50,757 nt of DNA, from positions 73,535,924 through 73,586,680 of the forward strand of contig NC_068981.1 in NCBI RefSeq assembly GCF_001194135.2, given 5' to 3'. Under the pieces are notes generated by a model that saw nothing but the letters and a program-made list of their open reading frames with translations, made no database searches and was not told where the DNA came from. The stretch comes from Octopus bimaculoides (taxonomy: Eukaryota). The translations under genes and the position numbers were made by a program. Shown here one piece after another: positions 12,471-24,649 of the stretch (position 1 is its first letter; each line of letters begins with the position of its first letter).

Positions 12471-13269
12471 ACCATATATTTATGCATGGGTGAATGTATG
12501 TATGCAAGTATGTATGTATACCTCTCTTTCTTTCTCTCTATCTTTCCCGTTGTATAGGAGTGAATGGTTGGGTTTGGGGTATGTGGGCATGCAAATGTAT
12601 GCGTAAGAAACAACTGTTTTTGCTGCATATGCACTTAAAACATGCCTCTCTCCTCAGTTCGTACCTGTTTTTATTTTTTCAAATTTTCTTATATCTATTT
12701 GCTGATATTTGGAGTTTATGCATATATAGGCCTTTTATGCATACTTTTTATCGTCATTACAAATTCTGTGACACTCCGACACAGGTCTACAGATGCTGAA
12801 CGATAGAAGTTGAATTTGGCCTTGTTATTTATAGTCTCTAATCACAGAGGCTATTTTGGAAAGGGAGTAATTGAAAAGAATATTATTGGAGCAATTTCAA
12901 TTCCTGTATATAGGCGTGCTTGTTTCAGATAATGGTTTGGAAGTTATGATAATAAACACATTATTTTCGTTGGATTTTAGTGTTTTGACTGTAGATCCTT
13001 ATACTTAATTTCTAATTTATGCACAAGGCCAAAAATTTGCAGAGCAAAAAAAGTAAGCCTATAATACCAATCAAAGTGCTTCACTGGTACTTTATTTTAT
13101 CAACACAGTATGTAAATTACCATAACTAAATATTAATGTATTTTGTCTGACGCTCTAATGGTTCTATCAGTTGAGTGTCCTTTGACTTTATTTTCATATT
13201 ACCTTTTAATTAGAAATCACTCCGAAGTAGACAGCAAGTGCTTTATCTGCATACTTCAAAATTTATCAA

Positions 13270-13720
13270 CTCCCAGTCTGAGTTTTTGAGTTTTTGAATT
13301 TTCTTGTTGCGTTGTTAGTGCCTGGTGGAAGAAATGGCAAAGGTTTCTGGTCGAAGTAGATAATTGACTTACGTTATGTATTTCTATGTTCTTTGAGTGT
13401 ATATTTTGGTAAGTGATTTCGAAGAGTTTGTTAAATCAATTTGCACGCTGGTGAAGTCTTGGTGTGTTACTTAACGTCATTATTGTAGCATGACGTGTGA
13501 ACTGGTTATCGTAGTTGTCAATGCTGTTTGTTATATGATTTAGGCTGGGTACAAATGATTGATAATTTTCTTTGAGGTATTTGTTTTGATGTTTCCTTGT
13601 CTATTCCATTGACGGTATCCTTGTTCTAATAAGGTTAGCTATTTCTGTTATGCAAGTGGAATTGTATTTAAGTTGACTTTTGGAATATGTTTTATATTTT
13701 GTTTAATTTATATAAGTAGT
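13270..13720 (-). mobile_element. Possible decayed Penelope-like fragment (post-RT linker)
   Basis: Frameshifted pieces LLEQGY / GIDKETSKQIPQRKL / PVHTSCYNN loosely resemble Penelope-like element sequence; no intact motif. Confidence 0.3.
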
Positions 13721-14174
13721 TGACGGTAGGTTGCTCTCCTAATCTTACATCTATTGTTGATAATGATTCTTCTAAGTACTTTCGTTGTTTCTGAAATGCA
13801 TTTCCTTTCTAACAATTATTGTGTCTGTTTCGAGCGGTGTCATCGCTTTGAGAATTTAACCTCACATGATGTATTTTCGTTACTGTATGCTCAAATTTCG
13901 TCGTTCGGTCGGTGTTTTCTCGTCGAGCATGATCGTTCCCTTTCTGGCAGGTTTTTAAGATACCTTCCACATACTGGGGAAGGTATCCTAAAACAGAAAT
14001 CTTGCTCGAATGTTTTCAACTAACAAGACTCTCTAGGGTCACTCTGCCCAGGCGTTGGAGGTAAATCGTAAGTCTACCATGCAATTAGTCTACTGCAGGG
14101 TTTCAATTCAAAGCATAAAGAGCCGGATCAAATTCGGTAAAGCATCCCGATCTTAACAATTCCACCGGTCCTCC

Positions 14175-14318
14175 GCTCTAGAACGTTTACTTATCGACTC
14201 TGGAAGAATGCAAGACACACTGAGATCGGTAGGATTTGAATTCAGGACATAAGAAACTGAATAAATAATACAAAATATACTGTTCGATGTTTTAACGCCT
14301 CTACCACTTCGCCTTACT
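14175..14318 (-). mobile_element. SINE family A, highly degenerate
   Basis: Reverse complement GTAAGGCGAAGTGGTAGAGGCGTTA...GAATTCAAATCC...GAGTCGATAAGTA. Confidence 0.5.
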
Positions 14319-14365
14319 GAAGATGATCTGTCAACACTTGTTCCATACTGTATCTTAACTTTAAT

Positions 14366-14743
14366 GTGGAGGCGCAATGGCCCAGTGGTTAGGGCAGCGG
14401 ACTCGCGGTCACAGGATCGTGGTTTCCATTCCCAGACCGGGCATTGTGAGTGTTTATTGAGCGAAAACACCTAAAGCTCCACGAGACTCCGGCAGGGGAT
14501 GGTGGCGAACCCTGCTGTACTCTTTCACCACAATTTTCTCTCTCTTACTTCCTGTTGTGCCTGTAATTCAAAGGGTCAGCCTTGTCACACTATGTCACGC
14601 TGAATATCCCCGAGAACTACGTTAAGGGTACACATGTCTGTGGAGTGCTCAGCCACTTGCACGTTAATTTCACGAGCAGGCTGTTCCGTTGATCGGATCA
14701 ACTGGAACCCTCGACGTCGTAAGAGACGGAGTGCCAACAACAA
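14366..14743 (+). mobile_element. Full-length tRNA-derived SINE, family C, with (AAC)n tail and 12-bp target-site duplication
   Basis: Head GGCGCAATGGCCCAGTGGTTAGGGCAGCGG (A-box) and GGTTTCCATTCC (B-box variant); ends GCCAACAACAA. TSD CTTAACTTTAAT at 14354-14365 and 14744-14755. Confidence 0.9.
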
Positions 14744-15001
14744 CTTAACTTTAATAAGGTGAAACTTAAGCTATATCTAGTTATATCTTACTGGCTTTTC
14801 TTTCGTTTCTCTGTTTTTTTTTACCGTACCGTTGAACTCTCAATGTAACGAAAGTCGTTTTACGTTATGCAATGCATCATTCCGTTACTATGGTGAGAAA
14901 GGTTTGTAAGAAATTTTGGCTGCTATCTCTACTAAATCTCGAAGTTTCGCAAAGTGGTCTTCAACGTCTTGAAAACTGGTTGCTTTGTTTATTATATTAT
15001 G

Positions 15002-15118
<117 letters not shown>

Positions 15119-15712
15119 ATACTCGTTAAAAGAAACAGGAATAACTGAAAAATATAATAATTCTTAATATCACTACAACACTATTCTTTAGCATACAAAA
15201 TAGAGACTGCGTCAAAACACCAAACACCAGGCACATTTGTCACTGTTCCTCGCCAGTCTCATTATTGTTAGTAATAGCTAGGAATACAAGCAATATATAA
15301 ACAAAGTATCGTGTTTTAAGTTCAAATTTCGTAAAGGTCAACTTTTACAGTTAAGCATCCAGAGGTCACTTCCTGTTGTATCACATGACAATATCAGTTT
15401 GTGGTCTTGTGCTGATGTGTCTTTATTTATGTAAGCAAAATGCATGACTCAGGACATTCTATATCTTGACACTATGACATGAGAACAATATAGCCTTTTT
15501 TTAACCTTAATCAAATGTAACTAGAAAAATCTATAGAGAAACTCCCATAACAGTAAGGAATATAATAGAACGGGGAAACGTCTTATATTCTAAACAGAAA
15601 ACAGTCGTGCTTTAATCGTATGTACGTATGCATGTATGTATGTATGTATGTATGTATGTATGTATGTATGTATGTATGTATGTATCTGCGTGTGTGTGCC
15701 GTTAGCTAGTTG

Positions 15713-15785
15713 GAGATGTCTTCCTGGGGTTATAAATGGCAGTAACACTGTCCTGTATAGGATGCCACACTTGGTCGGCGATTAT
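15713..15785 (+). repeat. Degenerate 3' fragment of the H1 hammerhead-bearing repeat
   Basis: TTCCTGGGGTTATAAATGGCAGTAAC...GGATGCCACAC versus TTCCTAGGGCTAAATAGCAGTAG...GGACTGTCACAT at 16871-16922. Confidence 0.45.
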
Positions 15786-15849
15786 ATGTTACGGTTCCGT
15801 ACTGCTACTGTTTATATCTTGCTCAGCGATTTAATATAGATTATTTCTC

Positions 15850-15885
<36 letters not shown>

Positions 15886-16225
15886 TTTCATTCNNNNNNN
15901 NNNATATATATTCTTTCATTCTTTATTGTTTTACCATTTCTATCTCAATATATATATATATATATATCATCAATAATATCGTGTATATATGTTTGATCTG
16001 GGTGTACCTGCTGAAATTTCTGTCAGTTTGCTTCGAGATGCGTGCTTTTAGTGATGAATTATATGTGGTTATTGACGATTTAAAGTCTATTTCTCGGCAT
16101 ATTTGGCGCAGGATTTTTTTCTTTTGCACTTATTTATAAGTTGTTTATAATTTTCACCTTAAAAAGTATTTTTTAATATGCTGGCCACTGATAAAATTTT
16201 TTGAAAATTTTCTCCTATATTAGAT

Positions 16226-16285
<60 letters not shown>

Positions 16286-16301
16286 AATGTCTGATGAATA
16301 A

Positions 16302-16380
16302 GTTGCTATGGTAACGGAACTAAAGTACGCAGAGGGAATGTGAGTAGCAGACATTGACCTTGAACTCTGTCGCGCATGCA
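16302..16380. promoter_or_regulatory. Candidate cis-regulatory motif cluster (RFX X-box, nuclear-receptor DR0/ERRE, NRF1-like half)
   Basis: GTTGCTATGGTAAC 16302-16315; TGACCTTGAACT 16355-16366; GCGCATGCA 16372-16380. No linked gene seen. Confidence 0.3.
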
Positions 16381-16591
16381 CACTAAATTATAACGTTCTC
16401 GTTCACTTCTTGTCTTTATAGCAGTGCTTGGAAGTAAAGTGCGTGAAGTGTGATCGCCGCAGAGGTTCCATGAATGACGATAGCAGAGAAAAAATGTGTG
16501 TGTGTGTGTGTGTGAGTATGCGTGCGTGCGTGCGTGCTTGGAAAGAGATACTGCTTGAACTTTATTACGGCCTAGAATTTATTCCAAAAAT

Positions 16592-16935
16592 CATGAAATG
16601 GAATAATAGTACTGCTATTTAGCCTTAGGAAGCAGCACCGCTTCCTGTCGTCCTTGGTACCTTTTCTGTATGCTTATGTTTACAAAAGGAGTGATAAGCA
16701 CCTCCACACAGCTAAGGCGGCATCTAGAGACTACTCCAGACTGATGACGAGTAATGTCTCAGAAACTAGTCTCTGGATGCTGGCTTCACTGGGTGGAGGT
16801 GCTTATCTCCCCCTTTGTAAACATAAGGACACACAGAAAATGTATCAAGACCGACAGGAAGCGATGCTGCTTCCTAGGGCTAAATAGCAGTAGTGTAATT
16901 TCCTTTCATGGGACTGTCACATTAAGTTGACAGCA
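16592..16935. repeat. H1 repeat as an inverted dimer with a hammerhead motif at the apex (Penelope pLTR-like or retrozyme-like)
   Basis: 16610-16734 is the reverse complement of about 16767-16892, with weaker pairing further out. The right-hand unit is homologous to 29991-30205 (minus) and 35653-35737. Confidence 0.85.
16735..16777 (+). ncRNA. Minimal type I hammerhead ribozyme motif (H1 copy 1)
   Basis: TCCAGA-CTGATGA-cGAG taatgt CTCa-GAAA-CTAG-TC-TCTGGA: 6/6 bp stem I, intact core, palindromic ACTAGT stem III, predicted GUC cleavage after 16771. C.A mismatch at the 10.1/11.1 position. Confidence 0.7.
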
Positions 16936-16944
16936 TACCACCAC

Positions 16945-17066
<122 letters not shown>

Positions 17067-18082
17067 CTAAAGAAGTAGCGTTAATTTATATGATATTAAT
17101 GTATGGTTTGAGCAAATCTGCAATCTGTACCATTAAAAAAAGAAGAAATTCACTAGCTTAAAAATGCATCGATGGTCAAAGGTCTATGATGCAAGTTAAC
17201 ACTCATACATCACAAAGCAATGAGCTGAAGAATCATTCACAACTGTATATCAAAAAGAGGAAAGAAAAGAAAACATAAGTGATTCGGTGAGTAAAGTATT
17301 TATTTATTAAAAGAAAAACGCTAAGGCACTTTACGAACAGTTTGAGAAAGATGCGCCAACTACCGGTGCTGTTATTGAAGCAGAATACGTTTGGTTATTC
17401 CCAAAGCTGTGAGATATTGCATAGCTGCCAACTCAGATAAAGTTGTTGTAGGAAAAAACCTCGCGAATTTTGTGAGTTTGTGAATAATGATATTTCTTTA
17501 CTATGCCGAACATAAATTGCTGTGGGACTTTATTGTTGTTATTTTTGCTTTAAAAGCTTAATAAGGGAACCTACATCACCTGACAGGTAAAAACCAGATT
17601 GTGTGGATATAAACTAATACGGGATAAGCTAAATTTACTTTTCTCCGCCAATGCTTCAAGAGTCTTGTATGTGAAGCCACACTTGGTGTATCATTCAGAC
17701 ATTTCTTTCAATAATACCAGGCAGTTCAAGCTGGATGTTCACTAGGCTCTCAACTCAAATGCCTGGGTTGTCAGGTAAATCTTGAAAAATATCTATTTTG
17801 TGAACTGTTCTCTTTTCCATAACCCATGCATAAATACGTGTTAAGTTTGATTCATTTGATTTTTTTTACGATCCTATGGGAAAGAAAATGTATAAATTCG
17901 CCCATTTTCTTAGAAGAATTAGATAAATGTCAATATAACGATATCAGTTTACCCAAGCAAAGTGTGAAGGAAATAATAGCCGCGTTCTCAAATAATCAGT
18001 AGATAATATTTACTGCCATAGAACAAAAAGAGTCATTTTTGGAGTAACGTTACTTAGGTATTTGTATTAATACCTAATAATG

Positions 18083-18295
18083 GTTTCAAGTCCAGACATA
18101 AGGCCAACAAACTCGAGAGTGTGGGTAAGTCGATTACATCGATCTTAGTTTGCAAGGGGTACTTATTTTATTGATCTCGAAAGGCTGAAAGGCAAAGTTG
18201 ACCTAGGCGGAATTTGATCTCAGAACGTAAAGACGGACGAAACGCCGCTATGCATTTCGCCCGGCGCCCTAATGATTCTGCCTGCTCGCCGCCTT
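18083..18295 (-). mobile_element. SINE family A, near full length
   Basis: Reverse complement AAGGCGGCGAGCAGGCAGAATC...GCCTTTCAGCCTTTCGAGATCAATAAAATAAGTACC. Confidence 0.85.
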
Positions 18296-18489
18296 ATACA
18301 TTTAATATTATAGATTATGTTGTTCCCGAGTACACATACTTAAAAAGGGGTCTATTGTGACTTGACTATTGCAGTTGAAAGGAATCTTGTAGCAAAATCA
18401 TTTTTACATGCCGAAAAGAATAATCACCTCACTCACACATACATGCATATACACTCATCTATATGTATATTTTTTCTTACTCTTTTAGT

Positions 18490-19880
18490 CCTTTATTCTT
18501 TTATACGTTTCAGTCTTTTTTTATTGCTGCTTACAAGAATGAATATCATTGTTCAGTTTTATTTCAAGATTTCTTGCCAATAGAGAGAGCCGGTTTCTAA
18601 CCTAGATTCAAGGCTCCTCCATTGGAATTTCAACATCAATACCAGGGTATTTTTGTTTGTGCAGATTTGTATGCTTCGCTTTATGTATGTAAACATATCT
18701 AGACATGCTCATATATATTTAAATGATAAATTTCTGGGAAATTTTACAGATTTTTACAGTTCCAGTGATGGATTGGATCTGTGGACTTACCCCTTTCTGG
18801 TTTTAAGAAGTCTAATTCCCCAAGATTGGTATTTAGGCAGTGTACTACATGTACCAGGGCCCCAATAATTACAGGTATAAATCTGAACTTGTAATCTGGA
18901 TAGAGTAACTGCAGATTTTTCAATAGTTCAGTGTAGGTATTCTCTTTTTCACTGATCTTCTGCTTCTGCTGTATTTTAACATTCGCTGGTCAGCTAATTT
19001 TCATAACTGTGCACAGTTTCTCTTTATCCCAAATCATTATATCAGGCCTGTTGTGCTTACATTTTATTGAGGTCTTCACGGAGACATTCCACCTATTTAT
19101 TATGTGTGGCTATGGCTTCTATCATACATACCGTGGGTTCTTTTTTTTTTGTCCTTGTAGTTATCCTTCTAACGGATTTCGTTACGGAGTGTCCTAGCTG
19201 CATCATGTCTCATCGGTAGATAATACCGTGTTGAGATTTTCGGATAACTGCTTATGATTTGAATGATATCTTCGGCGTTAACTCGACAAAGTCTGCATCG
19301 GTTGTTACATTTTACTACTTTTCCTGCACCTCTATCACTTTTGTGCCTCAGGTACTTGGTTGATATTTCCTGTTCATGAATTGCAAACGCATACCATTCA
19401 AAGTGGGAGGTAGTAATCTGGCTATTGGTCCATGATAAACTGCTTTGTTGATCGATGGTGCTATCATCTCGGAGCTTTCGACTAACATTTCCATGCATAG
19501 TCTTCTGTTTATAAAAGCTCATCCTTTCATCTGATGATATGTTACGGTAGAGTCGTGTGACTTCTTTGGGCATATATTCTAGGTTATCAGACAAAGAATG
19601 TTGCTCAAGAAGCTATCTTCTAAGTCTTATGATGTTATCAGCCTCATGTATGCAAACTTGGTCAAGGGATGTACTTCGACACTTGGTGGTTAAAAGATGT
19701 TGCCGAAATGATATGATACGACATTCAAAGGCATTTTAGATCGATGTTAAGCCTCTGTCGCCTTGTTTACGTTTTCGGTAGTGGTTGTCTTTGTTACTGT
19801 TTATGTGGTAATTATGTGTGCTTGGTAGTATCTTTCGGGTTTTCACATCAATGGCTCGGATCTCATCAAACGTCCAATCA
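18490..19880 (-). mobile_element. 5'-truncated RLE non-LTR retrotransposon (R4/Dong-like): RT tail, zinc knuckle, RLE domain and 3' UTR
   Basis: IDVKTRKIL...RKQGDRGL; CRLCRVNAEDIIQIISSYPKISTRYYLPMRHD (decayed CCHC); KHNRPDIMIWD, EKENTYTELL and IPVIIGAL. Several stops and frameshifts. Confidence 0.85.
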
Positions 19881-19881
19881 T

Positions 19882-20001
19882 ACATGTATGTATGTATGTA
19901 TATATGTATGTATGTATATATGTATGTATGTATGGATGTATGTAATTTATGTATGTATGTGTGTATGTATGCATGTGTGTATGTGTATGCATGTATGTAT
20001 G

Positions 20002-20034
<33 letters not shown>

Positions 20035-20095
20035 GTATGATGTATGTGTGTGTGTATGAGTGCGTGCGTGTGAGGGTGTGTGTATATGTATATGC
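19882..20095. repeat. (TATG)n/(TG)n compound microsatellite at the 5' junction of the RLE element
   Basis: Directly visible. Confidence 0.95.
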
Positions 20096-21574
20096 ATATC
20101 TCGTCAAAAATACCTTTTTCATCTCAGTAATCATTATTAAATCCAAGTGTGTTCCTAACCATCTTCTTGTGATGTTTAGATCAGGTATTTCCACATTTAG
20201 GAAATCGTCAATAGGATAAAACCTAGATGTTTCATTGATTTAAAATATACTGAAGGAAAACTTCTGGATTCCTGAGAGTATGTGATCTTTATATATATTA
20301 CAATCCTAGTATAACATACAGTAGGTCTCCCATGTTATTTAATTCTAGTCAATCTGGATTAAACAGACTGTTGAACAAAATATTACGGCTTTTACAATCC
20401 CCTCTGCATGTATATGAGTGCCTATCTTCTGCAATGTGTATTTTGTTATTTAAAAGAGTAGACCATGATTTGTGGAAGGGTGCTATTGTTTTCATGTTGA
20501 ACTATTCCTTACCATTTTCTTCGTTCGTTCGTATAATCTGGGTCTTTTTTAGAATAACATGTTTACACTGAATTGTTAGATACTCTATGCTAGAAAGGAA
20601 ATTAGCAAATTTGAAGCCCTTTAGGGACCCACATTTGGTAAATATTTGCATTTAACCCATTGTTGTGTGGAGCAGAGATTCTAAAACTTTTCCAAATCAC
20701 TCCATTTTACACCGCACTTCATTTACAATAGTTTTTTTTTTACCCTATATCGTTATCAAGAATCATGGATCACGTAATACTACAAAATATTAACAAACAT
20801 AAGTGTTAAAAGGTGTGGCAGGAACAAACCTACCATTAACTTAGGGAATGGCATCGCATGTAATGACCGCTTAATAACTATCAGCAGCCTCTGACAGCAT
20901 TGGGGATATAGTGCCCATTTTGAGAACCAATGATATGGATGGAGACGTGTTTCAGATTTACACTTTGATGTTGACTTCTATTTTTCCATGTTTAACATTA
21001 TCGATTAGTTTATGATGCGTTAAGGAACATACTATGGAAATAACGGAGCGTTTCAGAAAACGTCCTAACGTTAACATGACAAATGGGATTGCATGCCAAC
21101 ATAGTATTAACTAACATACAATTGATTTATTTCTTATTGGATGACGTCAAATTGTTGCTGGTGTCATTATTGCTGAACAGAGTTTAATGCCTCGAGTTTT
21201 TCCACGCAATCACGACACTCTTCATTTCAAACCTGGCTCTTTAATTTGCTCCAAACATCTAACCATAATCTTTACCTTCTAGCAAGAATAGACAGATGCA
21301 TTGAATACTTATTGACTAACCACTTACACACATCCATATAAACACTTATATCTATTTATCTACTTCCTACTTCTTAACATCTCTCACCCCTCTCACTTCA
21401 TATCTCTGCACATGCATACATACATACACACATACATACATACATACATACATACATACTTACATACATACATACATACATGCGTGCATACATACATACA
21501 TACATACATGCGTACATACATACATAAATACATACATACATACATACATACATACATGCATACATACATATATA

Positions 21575-21608
<34 letters not shown>

Positions 21609-21869
21609 NNNNNNNNNNNNNNNNNNNNNNNNNNNNNNNNNNNNNNNNNNNNNNNNNNNNNNNNNNNNNNNNNNNNNNNNNNNNNNNNNNNNNNNNNNNN
21701 NNNNNNNNNNNNNNNNNNNNNNNNNNNNNNNNNNNNNNNNNNNNNNNNNNNNNNNNNNNNNNNNNNNNNNNNNNNNNNNNNNNNNNNNNNNNNNNNNNNN
21801 NNNNNNNNNNNNNNNNNNNNNNNNNNNNNNNNNNNNNNNNNNNNNNNNNNNNNNNNNNNNNNNNNNNNN

Positions 21870-21933
<64 letters not shown>

Positions 21934-22534
21934 TTCTCTTTTTTTTTAATGCGTTTCAGGCATGCCGCTGCGGTCATGTTAGGTCATTAACGTGATTTTC
22001 TACCTTTTCCATAGCATTCTTATTTGGCCGGTTTCTTCACCACTCCGTACGTGCTTTTACACTGACTGACGGTTCATTCTGCATATGAGGGAGTTTGACA
22101 CTCCCTCATCTGCACTTCTGGCTGAGATGTTCTACGCCTGCTATCGTGAATAGGAGACTGTTCAGTTCATTTTGAAAACATCTACATGTACATTGTGTAA
22201 GTTTCTTTTTTTTTGCGGGGGCGGAGCATTGAAGAGTTGTGGACCTGGGAATTGCCCATGTCCTACGTAATCTTCAGTTTATGTAATCTCAAATTTTAAA
22301 ACAAACTTATAATAATTTTCTTATCTTTTCTTAAACGGTGCACCAGCATGACCGCAGCCACTTGGCTGAAACACATAAATAAAATAAAAAAATTCTCTAG
22401 AACAATACTTTGTGCAAAACCAAATATATGGCACCCTAGTCATAACACCAACTTGAACTTCTAACTTGTTGTCTCTTGAGGTCTCTGGGTGAGACTTGGA
22501 TCCAACTTGTACAAATGCAAAGCAAAAGTCAAAC

Positions 22535-22537
<3 letters not shown>

Positions 22538-22615
<78 letters not shown>

Positions 22616-22640
22616 TAATGATGATGATGATGATAATAAC

Positions 22641-22681
<41 letters not shown>

Positions 22682-22753
22682 GGCAAGCTAGAAGAATTTT
22701 TAGCACGCCGGAGGAAATGCTCAGCGGTATTTCATCCGTCTTTACGTTCTGAG
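22538..22753 (+). repeat. (AAT)n/(GAT)n tract followed by a 3'-truncated family A SINE head (22680-22753)
   Basis: AAGGCAAGCTAGAAGAATTTTTAGCACGCCGG...GTATTTCATCCGTCTTTACGTTCTGAG. Confidence 0.8.
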
Positions 22754-22767
22754 CCTTTTGTAGGAAG

Positions 22768-22768
22768 A

Positions 22769-22840
<72 letters not shown>

Positions 22841-22959
22841 TAGTCTTATTTTTATCACGTGCTTTCACTGCACTACCGAGCACAACACTGTGTGCTTTGG
22901 GTATGTGCTATGGTTTGTTGTGATGCTTTTATTTTCACTATATTTAAAGTGTTTTACAT
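22768..22959 (-). mobile_element. Short 3'-end copy of the same RLE family as 1-330, with (AAT)n tail
   Basis: Reverse complement GCATCACAACAAACCATAGCACATACCCAAAGCACACAG...CTCGGTAGTGCAGTGAAAGCACG...CTACTGAAT matches 218-308. Confidence 0.85.
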
Positions 22960-23640
22960 AATTATTATTTTTATTATTATTATTTAGTTTTAATCTGCAA
23001 GTTTGTTACAATCACATGCCGAGATACACACAGCGTCCTAGAGCGAGTGAAGGATAAGAGATGTTGCAGTAAGACGGGGACAGCAGCGAAATTTCTTCAT
23101 GTAATACAACACAGATATTAAAATTGATAGGGATTTTCTAAGGATGTGGGCAGTACTTGTCGGCACAATCTTTTGGATTTCTCTGAGACCTGGTTCTCCT
23201 GGGATATTATCAAGATATTTCTGACATCCCTTTTCCATCATACCCAGGGGACCACAATAAAAAAAAACGGTTGTCGCTTCAAGATGCCACATCTTTTGTA
23301 TTTCAATTTCAAGGACCTTATATTTATTTAATTTGTCAAATCCCTCAACAGATATATTTTTATCAGTAGGAAAACGTACATGTATTAGTCTACAAGTATT
23401 TTCTTCCCCGTCTTTAATGACTATGTCTGGTCGATTAGCCTGGATCTTTCTGTCGGTGTTGACTGGAAAATACCAGAGGATAGTAACATTTCTACCTTCA
23501 ATGACTGGCTCAAGATGATGTTTATACCAGTAAGCAGGAGTGCTGATTTTGTAGCGTTTACATATTTTCCAATGTAAATACTGTCCTGTCCTATTCTTAT
23601 TATTATAGGCATCATAGCTATTTAGCAGACATGCCATTAC
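22960..23640 (-). mobile_element. RLE non-LTR retrotransposon 3' fragment (endonuclease domain, UTR, (AAT)n tail)
   Basis: ORF 23038-23637: YLHWKICK...WYKH...ANRPDIVIKD...DKLNKYKVLEIEIQKMW...TAHILRKSLS. Tail at 22960-22984. Confidence 0.85.
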
Positions 23641-24649
23641 ATAATCATATTGTGCTACGCTATATTAATTATATACACTTATCTCATTTCAGTTCCTTTG
23701 CCTCTCATTTATGCCATGCAAGTGGTTTCATTATTGACTCTACCTTTTGATACAGGTGTTCTAATTTTTTTACTAACATATTAATTTGCAAACAAATAAG
23801 TTGTTTGTTTACTAATACTTTATCACGTTAAAATTGAATTTTAATTTCGTTTTATTAATCTACACGTTCAGTTTACTCTTGAGGTTGAGGGTCAGTCACT
23901 ATTCTAATTTGTTAGTGTCTGATGTCACTAAGTAGCCGATTTATTCACAAGTAATGGTAGAGCGAATACAAGTTATGATCAATTGACCGATGTTAGAAAG
24001 CATTATGAAATAGAAGTTATTTGATACATATCACTTAAACCATCTTTCTTTTTTTCAGTCTAATTAACTTTGTTACACTAATCAATTACTAAAACACACA
24101 AGTTTCGCAAATCAAGAAAGACAATTTACACGGTAAACAAAGATTTATTAAATATTCTGTCTGATAGCTAACATCCGAAAAGAATACATTTTTACATCTT
24201 TCGTTGTAAATCGTTATCTAATAAACCCGTAATAAGATTGCCTTCCGTATTATTCAAACTTAAGGGAACGTTTTTCAATTCACAGAAAGGGTACACACTT
24301 AAACAGATACACACATACACACACATGCAGAGGCACATCAAAACATCGCCGATTATATTTGATCTTAAATGTCTTTTGAACTTTGTTTTGTTTAACTTCA
24401 TTACGTTACTGCATTTCGGTCTAAAAGACTGAAATGTGCGTTATGAAGGAAAGTTTGAAAAACAGTTTTTTAAAAAATTCCTTTGAAGGGGAAAAATATA
24501 TATATTATGGCAGAGGAGTAGTGAAATTAACTAATTTCTAAAGTTCCGAATAGAAATGTATGAAACATTTTCAAGTTAATTTCATATAAAAGAAAACACT
24601 TAAATTATTTTGCAGGCGATGCTTGTTATTTAGTTTAGAAGGGATTATT

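Noticed and set aside
14366-14445. tRNA-like sequence (also the heads of SINE A and B copies)
   Set aside because: No complete cloverleaf; continues into a SINE body with tail and TSD.
15876-15921. Direct repeat ATATATATTCTTTCATTC on both sides of a 10-N gap
   Set aside because: Typical unmerged contig overlap, an assembly artefact.
16291-16328. CTGATGA followed by a hairpin and GGAAC, hammerhead-like
   Set aside because: GAAA core is broken, four extra nt precede the stem and there is no stem I; better explained as an X-box palindrome.
16610-16892. Reading the H1 hairpin as a TA-flanked Tc1/mariner MITE
   Set aside because: Homology with the 30 kb and 35.7 kb copies continues about 45 nt beyond the right-hand TA, so that TA is internal to the unit.
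20220-21250. Possible RT-like remnants upstream of the 19 kb element
   Set aside because: Only vague motifs (FYPIDDFL); could not assign a family.
22080-22114. 15-bp stem with 5-nt loop
   Set aside because: Too short for a pre-miRNA and no Helitron CTAG end follows.
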